From Eledone cirrhosa (lineage: Eukaryota), in the NCBI GenBank assembly GCA_964016885.1, contig OZ024740.1:113088001-113152000 (forward strand): a stretch of DNA of 64,000 nucleotides, read 5' to 3'. Within the stretch, counting starts at the first letter, position 1, and each line of letters begins with the position of its first letter. The notes beneath the pieces were generated by a model. That model was not told where the DNA came from and did no database searches. It saw only the letters and a program-made list of their open reading frames with translations. Shown here one piece after another: positions 13,902-27,409 of this stretch. A program made the position numbers and the translations under genes.

Positions 13902-16900
13902 ATGGCCGTATTAAGAGTAGGATGTTTAAATGTTCGAGGCCTGGGATCGTCCTGGAAGCAGGGTCACCTGCTCAACGACCTCAGGTCTCTAGAAATGGAT
14001 GTAATTGCCGTCAGTGAGACCAGGATTTCCGACACGCGTGCACCAGCCCCCATTTTCGACGACTATCAGATCTTTGCATCTGTTAGCCGGCCGGGAATGG
14101 GAGGAAGGCTGGCAGTGCTGTTTAGGAAAGGCCTGGATCTCGAGGAAAGGTCGATCTTCCGGGACCCCGACGGGAAGTTGGTGGTCTTGGACGTGAACCA
14201 TAACGAAGGTGGTGTCTTTAGACTGGTGGCCATCTATGCTCCAACTGGGGCAGGACGACCGGACTTCTTTAGACGCCTGGAAGCCTTTCTGGGTACGTCT
14301 CGCCCTTTACTGTTAGCGGGGGACTGGAACGGCATCATAGACGCGCGCTGGGACTGTGTGGGAGTATCCGATAGGAGCGGAGGCTGCACAAGCCTCAAGA
14401 ACCTGATCAGCCAGTTCCAACTGTCTGACAGGTACCGACTAGATTTCCCTAACGCGCCAGTGTGGACCTGGACTAACCGCATAGGGTCATCTAGATCGTA
14501 TATAGACAGGATATTCATTAGGAAAATAGACAGAAATAGTGTAAGCTGTCCACGTTTTGAAACGGTCGCCTATTCAGATCACAAGTTTAGGACTGTATGG
14601 GCGACCTAGATAAGACGCGTAGGTTAGGACCTGGTTACTGGAAGCTAAACATGTCATTTCCGGCACGTAAGGCTTACAGGGACCAGGTCAACAATTTAGT
14701 TAAGAAAAAGTTGACAGGGGGAGTCGTCAACAATAGATGGTGGGGGGCTCTCAAAAGAGAGATTAGAGTAATATGGATAGAGTTTAGCAAAGAAGTAGCG
14801 TTAGAGAAAAATAGAAAGGAGGGGGAGTTGTTAGATAAGTTAGACGAGGCTATTGGTAGTGGCATTGCAACTGACCTGCTAGCGGCGAGAATGGCATTAG
14901 ACCATTTCTTCAATGCGAAACACGAAGGTTGCATTGTCAGAGCTAAGGCGCGTGCTCTGAGAAACGAGGGAACCAAAGCTGTTCGATGGGCCCGCATGGC
15001 GGAGGCGCAAGTCACCCGGTTTGGATGGTCTGCCCTACGAGCTTTACGTAAATATGCCAGACTTGTTCTCCAATCTCCTCGAAGCCCTCTACTGCAACTG
15101 GCAGCAAAACCGGAGTATTCCCAGTTCTGTGAGGCGGGCGTAGTGACGCTGATAAGGAAAGACGAGAACAAGAGGGACACATTAGACAATTTTAGGCCCA
15201 TAACACAGAGTTTAAGATTTTGGCCAGGGTGTTAGCGAAGAGGTTGGCGCTTGTCGTCGGGGATTTGGTTGGGGAGGCGCAAACTTGTGCAATCCCAACC
15301 AGGTCCATACACGACAACCTCCACCTAATGCGATACATCATAGAGAGGGTAGTGTGTAAACCTGGCTTCGGTGGGGCTCTGATCAATTTAGATCAATCGA
15401 AAGCATTCGATAGCGTCGACCATCGGAACCTGGATGCTGTCCTCAAGGCGGCTTGCTTCGGCCCCGTCTTCAGAAGCTGGATCACTGAAATGCACAGCGG
15501 CACCTGCTCGATGGTCAAAATTAATGGCCACCTCTCGGAACCGTTTCAGGTCTCCCGATTGGTCCGTCAAGGGTGCCCTCTCTCCTCCATTCTGTACGTA
15601 TTGACTCTCGAGCCTTTACTGCGGAAGCTGGAGCTCTTGCAGGGCATCCCGCTCGAACCGGGGCGCGTAAAGGCTGTGTCGGCTTATGCGGACGACATCA
15701 CCGTGATGGTGTCGGACACCTCAGAAATAGAGGTGGTCGGCAACTTATTGGAGGAATATGAAAGGTTCACTGGAGCAAAATGTAACCCGGAAAAGTCGAT
15801 GGGCTTGCAACTAGGCACCTGGAGAAGCTAGTCCATGCCGTCCAACAGCGTCGTTAGGCGCTGGACGGACGGACCGGTAAAGTTTCTAGGGGTTTGGTTC
15901 GGGCCAGACCTCAAGGTGGATAAGAATTGGGACGAGGTGACGGGCAGAGTAGTCAGTCTCACCCAGAAATGGGCTGGGAGGAAGCTATCACTGAAAGGTC
16001 GGGCGGAGGTGGCGAACGCGTACATCGCGTCCGTCATCTACTACCGTCTGACTGTCGTCCCTTGCCACCGTTCGCGCCTCGCCATCTTGGAGCGGCTCCT
16101 CTTCAAATTCTTGTGGAGGGGTCAGGTTCCGCTGGTGAGGCGGTCCATCTGCTGCCAGCACCCTCTACGTGGAGGGCTGGGCATGCCGTGGCTAATGATG
16201 CGTAGTCACGCGCTGAGGCTGCAGCATCTCCAGATATTCTGCCTAAACGGTGAACAGATGTGGTCGCCGTTTGTCAGACGGGCCTTTCCGCAGCTGGTTT
16301 CTTTGACTTAGCTGCAGTCCTGAGTCAAGAAGAGACCGAGACTGGGTGACTGGCATCTGGAATGTTGCCATGCACTCACTTCCCTCTACCAGGCGGGCAA
16401 TGCGGTCTGTGGAACTTCAACTCTCGAGTTCTATAGAGGATTAGTGGTGGGGTAGTGCGACGACGCACTCGGGGAGGCTCTGGGAGTCAACGAAGTCGAA
16501 CTAACTAGTCTGTACTGGAGGACTTTCGAGCCGGACGATGGATAATTTCCAAAAATCCCTCGCGTGGCAGTGCTACCGGGGGGCACTGCCGGTTCGAGAT
16601 AAACTCTACAGGCACGGAAGTGCTGTCAGACGGACCTGCCCGAGATGCGCGCAGAGCGACGAAACCGTTCTGCACGCACTCGTCCAGTGTCCGTGCATTA
16701 CTGACTTGTGGAGCTATGTTGAACAGCTGTTGTCGCGTGTAGAACGGATCCGGCTATCGGCCGAGTCCATATTGAAGATCGACCTGCCGCCTTCTTTTGG
16801 CCAGGAAGGGCAGGCAATTTTCCTCTGTCTGGTGGCAGTAGCGAAAGAGGTTGTATGGTGGACGAGGTTGAAAGGACTGAAGACAGACACTTTTCTCTTC

Positions 16901-17053
16901 GGCCAATCCCTCATTAACTTTTTCAAGTTTCACTTGGAAAAGAAGGTGGGGGTGGAGAGAGAAGTGTTGCCCTCCAGTACATTTGCTGAAAGGTGCGTGA
17001 ATGTGGGGAGAATGGCCTGTGTGAGTGGGCCTACTCTGGTCATGCGGCTGTAG
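13902..17053 (+). pseudogene. LINE ORF2: APE endonuclease + reverse transcriptase + C-terminal Cys/His motif (Tx1/L1 type), disrupted
   Basis: LNVRGL, VSETR, IYAP, AGDWN, SYIDR, SDH, GYWKLN, LDQSKAFD, VRQGCPLS, AYADD, FLGV, GGLG, CPRC..ETVLHALVQC; frameshifts, stops and an internal deletion near 15010. Confidence 0.92.
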
Positions 17054-17322
17054 GTAAGTAAATTTGAGGAGGAGAGGGGTGCCCTTCCAGGGTGCTCTCG
17101 AAGCGTCGGGTCGTTCAGGATTGGTGGGGTACCTAAGCGAACCCTGGGTGGTCACCCCCCCCATTGGGGAATTTTTTCTTGTTGTAATTTTCTTATTTTG
17201 TTATTGTTATTCATATTGTTTACTCGATATTTCTGTAAAACCCCACTGTCCCAGTCTTTCGTATTGTCCCCTATATGCTGGCCCTTGTGGCCAATAAATG
17301 AAATCATTATTATTATTATTAC

Positions 17323-17515
17323 TAGGTGGTGGATTGGCAGTATTGGTAGAGTGTCGGATGCCATGCTTTGACGCATAGAGTTACGGCCCTTGCCATTCTG
17401 AGTTCAAATCCCGCCGAGGTTAATTTTGCCTTTCATCCTTACGGGGTCGATAAAATAAAGTACCAGTAATACACTGGGTATTTGCTGGCCTTGTGCCTAA
17501 CGTAGAAACAATTAT
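17323..17515 (+). mobile_element. tRNA-derived SINE (main family)
   Basis: Full head GGTGGTGGATTGGCAG..GAGTTCAAATCCCGCCGAGG, central domain and (ATT)n tail. Confidence 0.88.
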
Positions 17516-18097
17516 TATTATTATTACTATTATTATTAAGGTCTAACTGTTCAACCTGTGCATGGGGAAAGGGTTCCTTTTCACCGGCATAGGTTGACAA
17601 GCTTGTCGTCCTCATCAACGAAACTTACGTTCCTGGTATGGCTTCGCTGGTGTACTAGTCTTAATAATAATATACTACAACTCAGTTTACGAACTTGAGT
17701 TGCTGTATGTCTTGGATATTTCTATCAAGTTATTACCATGATATATATGTAATGCGCGTGCGCGTATATACACTCCTTCACATATATAAACTGAAAACAG
17801 CGAAACACCTTAGTAAAACAACAACCGAGACCGAGATTAGACTTCCCGTGTTTCATAGAACAAAATTTACTACACAACTGGCATAACATGAACAACAATA
17901 ACAAAAATCACGTATGAAAATATATATAAGTAAAGAAAACAAACAAGACAAACTTGTTAGTGGATGAAAGTTCTGTGTATTGATTTGACATTCCCGCCAT
18001 GTTGTCACACTAATTAACTATTATTTTTTCTCCTTCGTTACACACAAATAACATTCGTCAGAAACAGTGTCGAATAATATTTGAAATAATATAAATA

Positions 18098-18318
18098 ACG
18101 GTTTCTGATTTAGGAAGAAGACCAACAATTTTGGGGGAGGGAACAGTCGATTAAATCGACCCCAGTGCGTGACTGGTACGTTATTTTATCGACCCCATAA
18201 GGATGAAAGGCAAAGTTAACCTCGGCGGGATTTGAAGTCAGACCATAAAGGGCCGTAACTCTTTGCTGCAAAGCATGGCGTCCGACCCTCCACCGATACT
18301 GCCAATCCACCGCCCTTA
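18098..18318 (-). mobile_element. tRNA-derived SINE (main family)
   Basis: Reverse complement of the same family. Confidence 0.85.
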
Positions 18319-19339
18319 ATAATAATATTAATAATAATATTAATAATAATAGTTTTACTTACTAGCCATCACTGCAATTACATGCATATGAAATTACATG
18401 AAATCTTTAAAACTAGTGTGAAGGTGCTAGAAACAACGTGTGGGAATATAGCATCAGTGTAGTGGCTGAACTCTTGAAGTATCTGATGAGACGTCTTGTG
18501 GTATCTGTTCCAGTTCCTTACCTCTAATCCAATCCAATCCAATCCAGAAACTTCTCACTCCTGTTGGAGGAAACCTTCCCCGGTTGATCGATTTATGATG
18601 TTTCATTTTGGTTATGTCAAAGGTTTAGCCGTACTCACTTACGGGTTGTTGAGATTATTTAAACCATAGCTGGGGTTGATGGCCGTTGACTCCCTTTTAA
18701 CCGCTCTAGTTATTTGTGCTTCTGGTGTTATACTTAACCTCCTCACAAGACAAGGGTCTAGGTAGAAGCCTGACCTGACATAATCGCTTTACCTACTAAG
18801 TTCATATTCTGCAAAGGGATCCAAATCCTAATGATGTTTATAGCTTACCCTATCATCGGTGTCACAACTGATTATGACATCTGTTATGTGCGGAAGATGA
18901 GAGGTATTCCGCTACTGATGGTAGTTAGGGTTATATTAAGCAATTTAGAGTCTTACTCGAACTACCAGTACTTGGCGGTATATTAGGAAAATTGTTAGAG
19001 CGTTAGATATTGTACATTGCACCAAGCTAGACTCCGATTGTATATGACAAGTCTTCTTCTTCTTCTTCTTTTTCTTCTTCTTCTTCTTGTAAAATCTGTC
19101 CAGCGATTCTTGCCGGAGACATTATAACCAGATGTCCGTAATATAGAATCTCTGATCTCTGATCTACGCATTCTATCGAGTAACTTCACTCCAAAGACTC
19201 ACCGGGAGAACCCCATTTCGGCGGCCGTTTCTACTTGTCTCATAATCCTCTCCACCAACATCACACCCACCAATAGCACCATGATGAAAAAACATCATGA
19301 GCAGTTGTAGCCTCACGACGACGATGATCTACACACCAC

Positions 19340-19377
<38 letters not shown>

Positions 19378-19680
19378 CCACCACCACCACCACCACCACC
19401 ACCACCACCACCACCACTACCACCATCATTAATATCTTTATCATCATCATCAATAGCAACAAATTTATTAGAAGCAACAGCGGTAGTACTATAATAGGCA
19501 CTTAAGACATTAAGAATTGATATATCGATCTGTTTTTGCTGAAGAAGTTTAAATTAAAGCAGTGAAGAGATTCGATCGATCGTAATCGGGATTCTACGCA
19601 CTGCTTATTTTCCTTAATTTACGATGTCAGTGTGCGAGAGGATGTCTTCATTGAACAATGTCATAATTGGAAATACTAGC

Positions 19681-19711
<31 letters not shown>

Positions 19712-19791
19712 CATACATACATACATACATTTATACATACACTCATATATACATATATACAAATATATCTATAAATAATATATATATATGC

Positions 19792-19850
<59 letters not shown>

Positions 19851-19900
19851 TATTTATAAACAAACATGCCTGTGCACATAGTAATGTCCATATATCATTT

Positions 19901-19982
<82 letters not shown>

Positions 19983-20677
19983 ACAAAATTTAGTACAGCA
20001 TAATCGAAGCTCTGGCAGCAGCTAAGCTGACGAATGCAATCGGGATGTGCAGCTAAGCACTCAATAAGGTATATTACCTCAGAATTATAACATTACGTTT
20101 AGACAGCTTTGCAAATTGAAGAGAGCGACCGATAGGCGAGCCGCAGTGACCAAAGCGACGAAAAAAAACTGAACTCAGGAAAATATGACAAACCTGGACC
20201 GGCGCGTTGATACTATATATAACGTATCATATATAATACATAATATATATAACATACAACATACAATATCTCCGCTAGGTTTCTGTAAATCCGAAATCGA
20301 CAAATTCCACTTGCAGGGACCTGCAAGTTATTGGTTTTGGAAGATAGAACAGTGGAATTTACTTCGTCAACAAGTTTTTGTTCTAGTCCGCCCCGGTTGT
20401 GATTATTAGCAGTAAACACGGCCAGTAGTCACATGGTTTTGCCGAAGGGAGGTAACCCCGGTTATATATATATATGAATATATAAGTATGTGTGTATGGT
20501 TATGTAGATCTTCGCAACACCGTTGTTTTGGGTTCAGCTACACTACGTGGCACCCTGGACAAGTGGCTTCGATTTGAGTAATGCATGTAATGTATATGAA
20601 ATATGGACGACAGAAAGTGTACAAAAGCCCATCGCATATGTGTATACAAACATATATAAATTTATATATATATAGTA

Positions 20678-20873
20678 ATAATTGTTTCTACTTTAGGCAC
20701 AAGGCCAGCAATTATCCCAGTTCATAAATGGTACTTTATTTTAATCGACCACGTAAGGATGAAAGGCAAAGTTAACCTCTCCGGATCTTGAACTCAGATC
20801 ATAAAGGGCCGTAACTCTATGTAGCAAAGCATGGCGACCCACCTTCTATCGATACTGCCAATCCACCGCCTTA
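20678..20873 (-). mobile_element. tRNA-derived SINE (main family)
   Basis: Reverse complement of the same family. Confidence 0.85.
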
Positions 20874-20945
20874 ATAATCTGTTCTTATAATAAATATATA
20901 TACATATAAATGCATATCCATGCACACACATTTCTATACATGCAT

Positions 20946-20978
<33 letters not shown>

Positions 20979-21331
20979 TATATATATATATATATACACA
21001 TATATTCATGTATACATTCATTCTGACATGCATGGATTGGCACAGTCTTACTTGAGCCACTCCTCATGTCTTCATATTAAGCCAACCTACTCATCACAGG
21101 TGGGAAATAAACATTTACATCCTATCTGATCAATTCTCTACAATTAGAATCTACCATGATATGTGTGGCTATAATATGTTGCTTTATGCTGTCCTGTGCT
21201 TGTCTGTCTGTGATTATATTTGTGCATGTGATTGTTTGCATGTATGTGACAGTATTTGTGTGTGTGTGTATGAGTGTGTATGTGTGTGACGGCGTGTGTA
21301 TGTGACTGTACGCTTCTATGTTTGTGTATAT

Positions 21332-21366
<35 letters not shown>

Positions 21367-22108
21367 TATGTGTCTGCACGTATGTGCATATTTGTTTATG
21401 TTTGTGTGAGAACGTGTTTGCACGAGTGTGCCTGTGTGTGTGTGTGTGTGTGTGACTCCCTGTGTGTGTCTGTGATTTCGTGTGTGTGTATGTGACTCCA
21501 TGTGTGTGTATTTGTGTGTGCATGTGTGTGGCTGCTTTAAAAGTGCTCATTTGAAAAGTGTTGTGAAATTCGCTTACATTTATGTAGGACAATTACAGTC
21601 CTCTTCTTTTGGCAGTTTGGCGGGAAACGAGAGAAGATTCTGATTAAGTTTTGACCTAAACATAGGCTTGAAGCGAAACTTAGATCAAGGCATAGTTGAG
21701 CTAAAGATGAAATAAGAAGTAGAGAGAGAGAAAAAAAAGAAACCTAATCGATATTACTAATGATCGATGTTGCAGTGTAATTGCTACTAAGGTGGTGTTC
21801 GATTTAGTTAGTTGGGCAGTTATCTGGCAAAGGTTAATGCTACGGACATTATGCCAATCAGCAATATATCATTCATGGCTGCAATTAATGTCGAAACGTC
21901 TGTGGAGGAGTGTAAGCCAGAATAATTTACACGTTGTTACTTATCTAGAAGCTTTAACATCAAAAAGGAAAGGAGCAATAATAAAAGTAAGAAGGGTAAT
22001 GAATGAATGGGTGAAAGATATAGAGAAAGAAAGGCACAAAAATATAAATGACTAAGCGAATAATTACGTACTTATGCACACACACTTGCATAAGCATGCG
22101 CACACACA

Positions 22109-22148
<40 letters not shown>

Positions 22149-22154
22149 ATATTC

Positions 22155-22236
<82 letters not shown>

Positions 22237-22368
22237 TATATTTCCATATAATATGCATACATGTCTCCATTTGCATATATTTCTGTATATTAAATATGGG
22301 AGGGTTAGGATGAATATATATTTATGCTCAAAATTATACACACATATATATGTGTATGTATATGTATG

Positions 22369-22442
<74 letters not shown>

Positions 22443-22483
22443 TGTATGTATGTATGTATGTATGTATGTGTGTGTGTGTGTGC

Positions 22484-22525
<42 letters not shown>

Positions 22526-23430
22526 TCGATAGAATAATGTACGAATAACGCACTGGAGTAGTTTTATCGACTTTTCCTCCCCCAGAATTATTGGTCTCGT
22601 GCCTAAATCAGAAACCATTAAAATTGTAGTGAAGTAGTATTAGCGGTAGAGTATAGGACAACATGCTTCGGGTTAATACGTCTTTCTATTTCAAATCTCT
22701 TCGAGGTAAACATTGCTTTTCCTTCTTTTGTACCATAAAATAGAATAAATACCAGTTAAATATTGGGGTTGATATAATCGACGTCCCCTTCCCCCAAATT
22801 GCTCGCCTTCTGTCAATTTTAGAAATATTTATTATAACATAAATGCATGTGTATCTGTGAATATATAGATGCACAAACATAAACGTGTATGTGTATATGC
22901 ATTACACAAATACGCCCTGTGTATTGGTATGTCCATGAATGAGTGTATAAAATAGTACAGAATGAAAGACAAATAAATACATTACCGATTTCTTTATGCA
23001 TGTGTGAGAGCTACAGAGATATACAGAGAGAAAGAAAGAAAGGGAGAGAGAAGAGGGTAGAAGAATTGATCTTAAGTATAGGACTGGTACTTTAATTATT
23101 GACCTCGAAGGAGAAAAGGAAAAATTGTCCTCGACGGGATTTGAACTCAGAGAGCAAAGAGCCAGAATGAATATCGAAAAGTACGATACTCTAATGATTA
23201 TCGATTCAACGTTTTGAGTAAAAGATACAGATATATGTATGGTCCCGTCAATTCTGAGTCAGTCGCAGAGGTGCCGTTTTGACATACAGCGTTTCTAGGT
23301 CATTTTTGAAACTGGCGGAGCACTTCTCTCCAGACCTGACTACAGCAGATGTCTTCCAGAGAAGGATAGAGAGCGGGGGGAATGGAAGTGATAAATAGAT
23401 ATAGAGGAGAAATCGACCCCAGTACTATAC

Positions 23431-23696
23431 AGGTGTGAGCCCCACGAGTTGGAGTGGCTTTTCCAACGCGTCTCTCTTGCCGTCCTCCTGGGAAACGCCT
23501 ACTCCATTCTGTCCGCCAGGGCTGCGAGGAGACAAGCCGATTATATTACGAATTCTGTTGAATAGTCCTATATATTGTGTAGTCACCTACTTTTATATAG
23601 TTGTCATAGTTGTTGTCAGAGTGAACCACTATAGTATATACCATTCTATCACCACTATAGCATCCTCCTTTCTTTCTATGACATATTTTGACAAAT
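23431..23696 (+). mobile_element. 3' fragment of a CRE/SLACS-like (RLE) non-LTR retrotransposon
   Basis: Frame 23431-23565 reads RCEPHELEWLFQRVSLAVLLGNAYSILSA..*, matching the C-terminal LFQRxSxAxxxGNA signature of CRE-type elements; not in the ORF track. Confidence 0.65.
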
Positions 23697-24115
23697 GGGC
23701 TGTAACTCTATGCTGCAAAGAATGGTGTCCAACCCTCTACCGATACTGCCAATCCACTGCTCTGAAAGAAAAATAATTGTTTCTACTTTAGGCACAAGGC
23801 CAGCAATTACCCAGTGCATTACTGGTACTTTATTTTATCGACCCCGTAAGGATGAAAGGCAAAGTCAACCTTTGAAAGAAAAATAATAATGGTCTCTTAC
23901 ATAGGCACAAGGCCAGCATATTTTCGGGGAGGGGGAAGCCGATTAAATCGACTCCAGTGCGTGACTGGTACTTTATTTTATCGAACCCGTAAAGATGAAA
24001 GGCAAAGTTAACCTCGGCGGGATTTGAACTCAGAATGGAAAGGGCCGTAACTCGACGCTGTCCATTCTGAGTCAAATATGGCGTCCGACCCTCAACCGAT
24101 ACTGCCAATCCACCA
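23697..24115 (-). mobile_element. Cluster of partial and complete SINE copies (main family)
   Basis: Three adjacent inverted pieces: 23697-23760, 23775-23870 and 23888-24115. Confidence 0.8.
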
Positions 24116-24984
24116 TAAAAATAATAATAAAATACAGAACGATCTCTTGAGATATTTTCTTTCAGTGATATTTTTATGTAATTAATGATACATTTCCCTT
24201 CTTATTTGTCCTTCATTGCTGATGTCTCTGGTATCTTCATCTTTTCGTTTTATGTTTCTTTGTATTTTCGTCGTCTAAAATTCATCTTCAACGCAACAAA
24301 TACTTCAAAAATATCTTTAGCCAACGTATTTTGTTTTACTCTATCCTTCAATATTTTCTCCATTTCAGCATCCTTATATATATCTCTTGATTTAATGTTG
24401 ATTTTCTGGTGATTTTCCTCCCATTCCTTCTCTTTCTCCTCTCACACAGACACTATGGAAACAACCAAAAGATTCCATAAAATCATAATAGTGAGGCCTA
24501 GTATAAAAAAAGATATTTAGGTATTTTACACCGTTAACACACACAGATACACACGCACACATATATTTGTATATACCCATATATATATGCACATACTTAT
24601 ATCCACATATATATACATATATATATTTATGTTGTGTATGTATCTGCACGCGGGCTTCTTCTTAATACCTAAAAGCTGTCCGACGGTCCCTATTACAATA
24701 TCATTTTCCAACCTAACCATGATTTTGTACTATTCATATGTTTTACTATATCTATGTTTTCTGTTGGAGACTATTCCAACCTTTTTTCTACTGTCTCAGA
24801 TAAATTTTCTTTATTCATCTATTATTTATCTTTTCTTTTCTTTCTTCTAAATAATCTCTCTATATATATTAGCACTTCATCTCTATCTCACTCTTTCACT
24901 CACTCCTATTCACACACTCACTTTATTCATGCATATATATATAATTATATATTTCTCTAATTTATTTTATATATATCGATATAT

Positions 24985-25595
24985 GGTGGCTGCCAACTCG
25001 TTTTTGAATACGGCCGCTACTTTATATTCATGTAGGAGAACCCCTACCGATGCGCTGAACGAGTGTGACTTTTTAGTTCACTCAGCGACTTGAAAACTCT
25101 GGTACAAACACTACACTTGTGACAATTATTGACACATAGTGCTGGGCCCATGGTACCATGTGACGACAAGTGCAGAGAGATCTCCAGATATAAAGCAATG
25201 CCTGTGTCGTGAAGCTTTTATAATGAGAAAAGGCACTGCACAGAACCAGTCCCACTCTCTTAACCAAGATGATATTTAACAAAAAGAAGAACAGGTCAAC
25301 ATCATTGGGAACCATCAGGGTTGCAGGTCTTATATCAGAGTTTTCCTTCTCCTAGAATTCTACCTTGACAAAGGCTAAGGGGTCAACTCTCCCGGTGATT
25401 TTGGATGGCCATTGACTCTTAAGAGCTCCTTTGCCCTTTGACAGGTTTTGTTTTTAGTCCTGCAGGATGTCCAAAGTCACCTTCCTCACCAAGAAACCTT
25501 GGTGGGGTTGCCAGTTTAGTCGCCAACGACCCGACCATGGGACAGGTTGTACTGGGATACATGTTACCAGTAGCACCAACTGGTGACCTGACATA
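24985..25595 (-). mobile_element. Full-length (~611 bp) bipartite non-autonomous RTE-derived element with 12-bp TSD
   Basis: ATATCGATATAT at 24973-24984 and 25596-25607. RTE 5'-UTR-like half (GGAGAAGGAAAACTCTGA) fused to a zinc-finger/3'-end half; matches 1-487. Confidence 0.85.
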
Positions 25596-25617
25596 ATATC
25601 GATATATACATATATAC

Positions 25618-25698
25618 ATGGTGGCTGCCAACTCGTTTTCGAGTACGGCCACTACTTTATATCCATGTAGGAGAACCCCTACCGATGCGCTGAACGAG
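25618..25698 (-). mobile_element. 3'-terminal 80-bp copy of the same RTE-derived element
   Basis: Near-identical to 24985-25063. Confidence 0.85.
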
Positions 25699-25719
25699 AC
25701 TATATACATACATACATAT

Positions 25720-25751
<32 letters not shown>

Positions 25752-25759
25752 TCATAAAT

Positions 25760-25790
<31 letters not shown>

Positions 25791-26341
25791 AGAATTTACT
25801 TATTTATATATACACACAGACACACACATAGGGTACAGCGTTTCTTTCAAATTTGCTATATTGAAGACGCCATACATTGTATTCAGGTTTAAGCTTTTTT
25901 AGTAAAGAATTTTACATTTGTATTTCTCATTATTTCTTTATGCTTAGTTTAGAACAACAATAGTCCCATATCCATGAATGTTTCAACGCATTCACAACAG
26001 TATCTTTTGAAAGTAGTGAAGATAGTTGAGAGCTAAGAGTCGCGTTTCATACTAAACAGCAGGCTATCCTGGATATTGTCTTCTAAGTGGTAATTTCAAC
26101 GTAACTAGATTTAATATAAACCGGGCTATTACGTAATCTTTAGTGGGCAGTTGATGAGGCAAGTATAGCTTTCTCTTTGTCGATTTTTGTTTCCATGCCT
26201 AATGTTTTCTCTTTGTTGAGCTACTTTTGGTACTATCAAAATATCTAAGTTTATATGTACAGACGTACACAGGCAAAGACACACATGCAAACACATACAT
26301 ACTCATATGTAAACCTACACATGCGAACCCCCCCCCCCCCC

Positions 26342-26407
<66 letters not shown>

Positions 26408-26478
26408 AAGAATGAAGAGTAACATTGTTGGCTGTACAACAGGGGGCTTTATTTCAGGTATTGTCAATTGTTTCATTA

Positions 26479-26510
<32 letters not shown>

Positions 26511-26599
26511 ATCATCATCATCATCATCACCGTTTTACGTCCGTTATATATATATATATATATACGTCCGTTATATATATATATATATGTATATATATG

Positions 26600-26632
<33 letters not shown>

Positions 26633-26693
26633 GTATATATATATATATATGTATATATATGTATATATATGTATATATATGTATATATATGTG

Positions 26694-26782
<89 letters not shown>

Positions 26783-26805
26783 GTATATATATATATGTAT
26801 ATACA

Positions 26806-26850
<45 letters not shown>

Positions 26851-27135
26851 ATATATATATATATCCCACTTCTGACAAGTAGCTTTTCCAGGGCGATGCC
26901 CCAGCATGGCCTCAGCCATGGCTGGAAGAGGTAAAAGAGGAAAAGATATATATATGTGTAGTAAGGTTGCTTGAATGCGTCCATAGGCAGTATGCAGGTT
27001 GAGCACTCTGAGGAACTTACGAATCCAGAGTCAGGTTCGATCCACAAATAGATCGCACCTCGAGCTGTTCGCCGGAAAACAATTGTAATACGTTAATAAA
27101 TTGTGTTCCGATGCATCACTGATTCTTCGTTTTCC

Positions 27136-27167
<32 letters not shown>

Positions 27168-27409
27168 ATATATATATACGAAATAAGACAGTTATGTCTA
27201 TATGATAGTATTTATTACATTATACACATTTCAATGACATAGTGGGTAATTATTATATAACGGTTAAGTCAGTAACTGGCACCTGTGTGATATCATCAGA
27301 TTATAACAAAATTGTGTGAAGTGGTCATTGTCAACCGCTTTGGCTTGAACCCGTTTATCCTCGTGACCACGGAACGCAACTTTCACAGAAATACCATATT
27401 AATTAGCAA

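Larger units (their letters stand above)
12372..17305 (+). mobile_element. Near full-length Tx1/L1-type LINE (two ORFs, decayed)
   Basis: 5' UTR, ORF1, APE-RT ORF2 and 3' UTR ending CCCTTGTGGCCAATAAATGAAATC; (ATT)n on both sides. Confidence 0.9.

Noticed and set aside
20020-20070. CTGACGA followed by a TGCA/TGCA stem
   Set aside because: No GAAA or stem I/III; incomplete hammerhead.
26315-27047. Many YI/VC/TH-rich ORFs here and across the window
   Set aside because: Artefacts of (TA)n, (CA)n, (GA)n and (TATG)n microsatellites.
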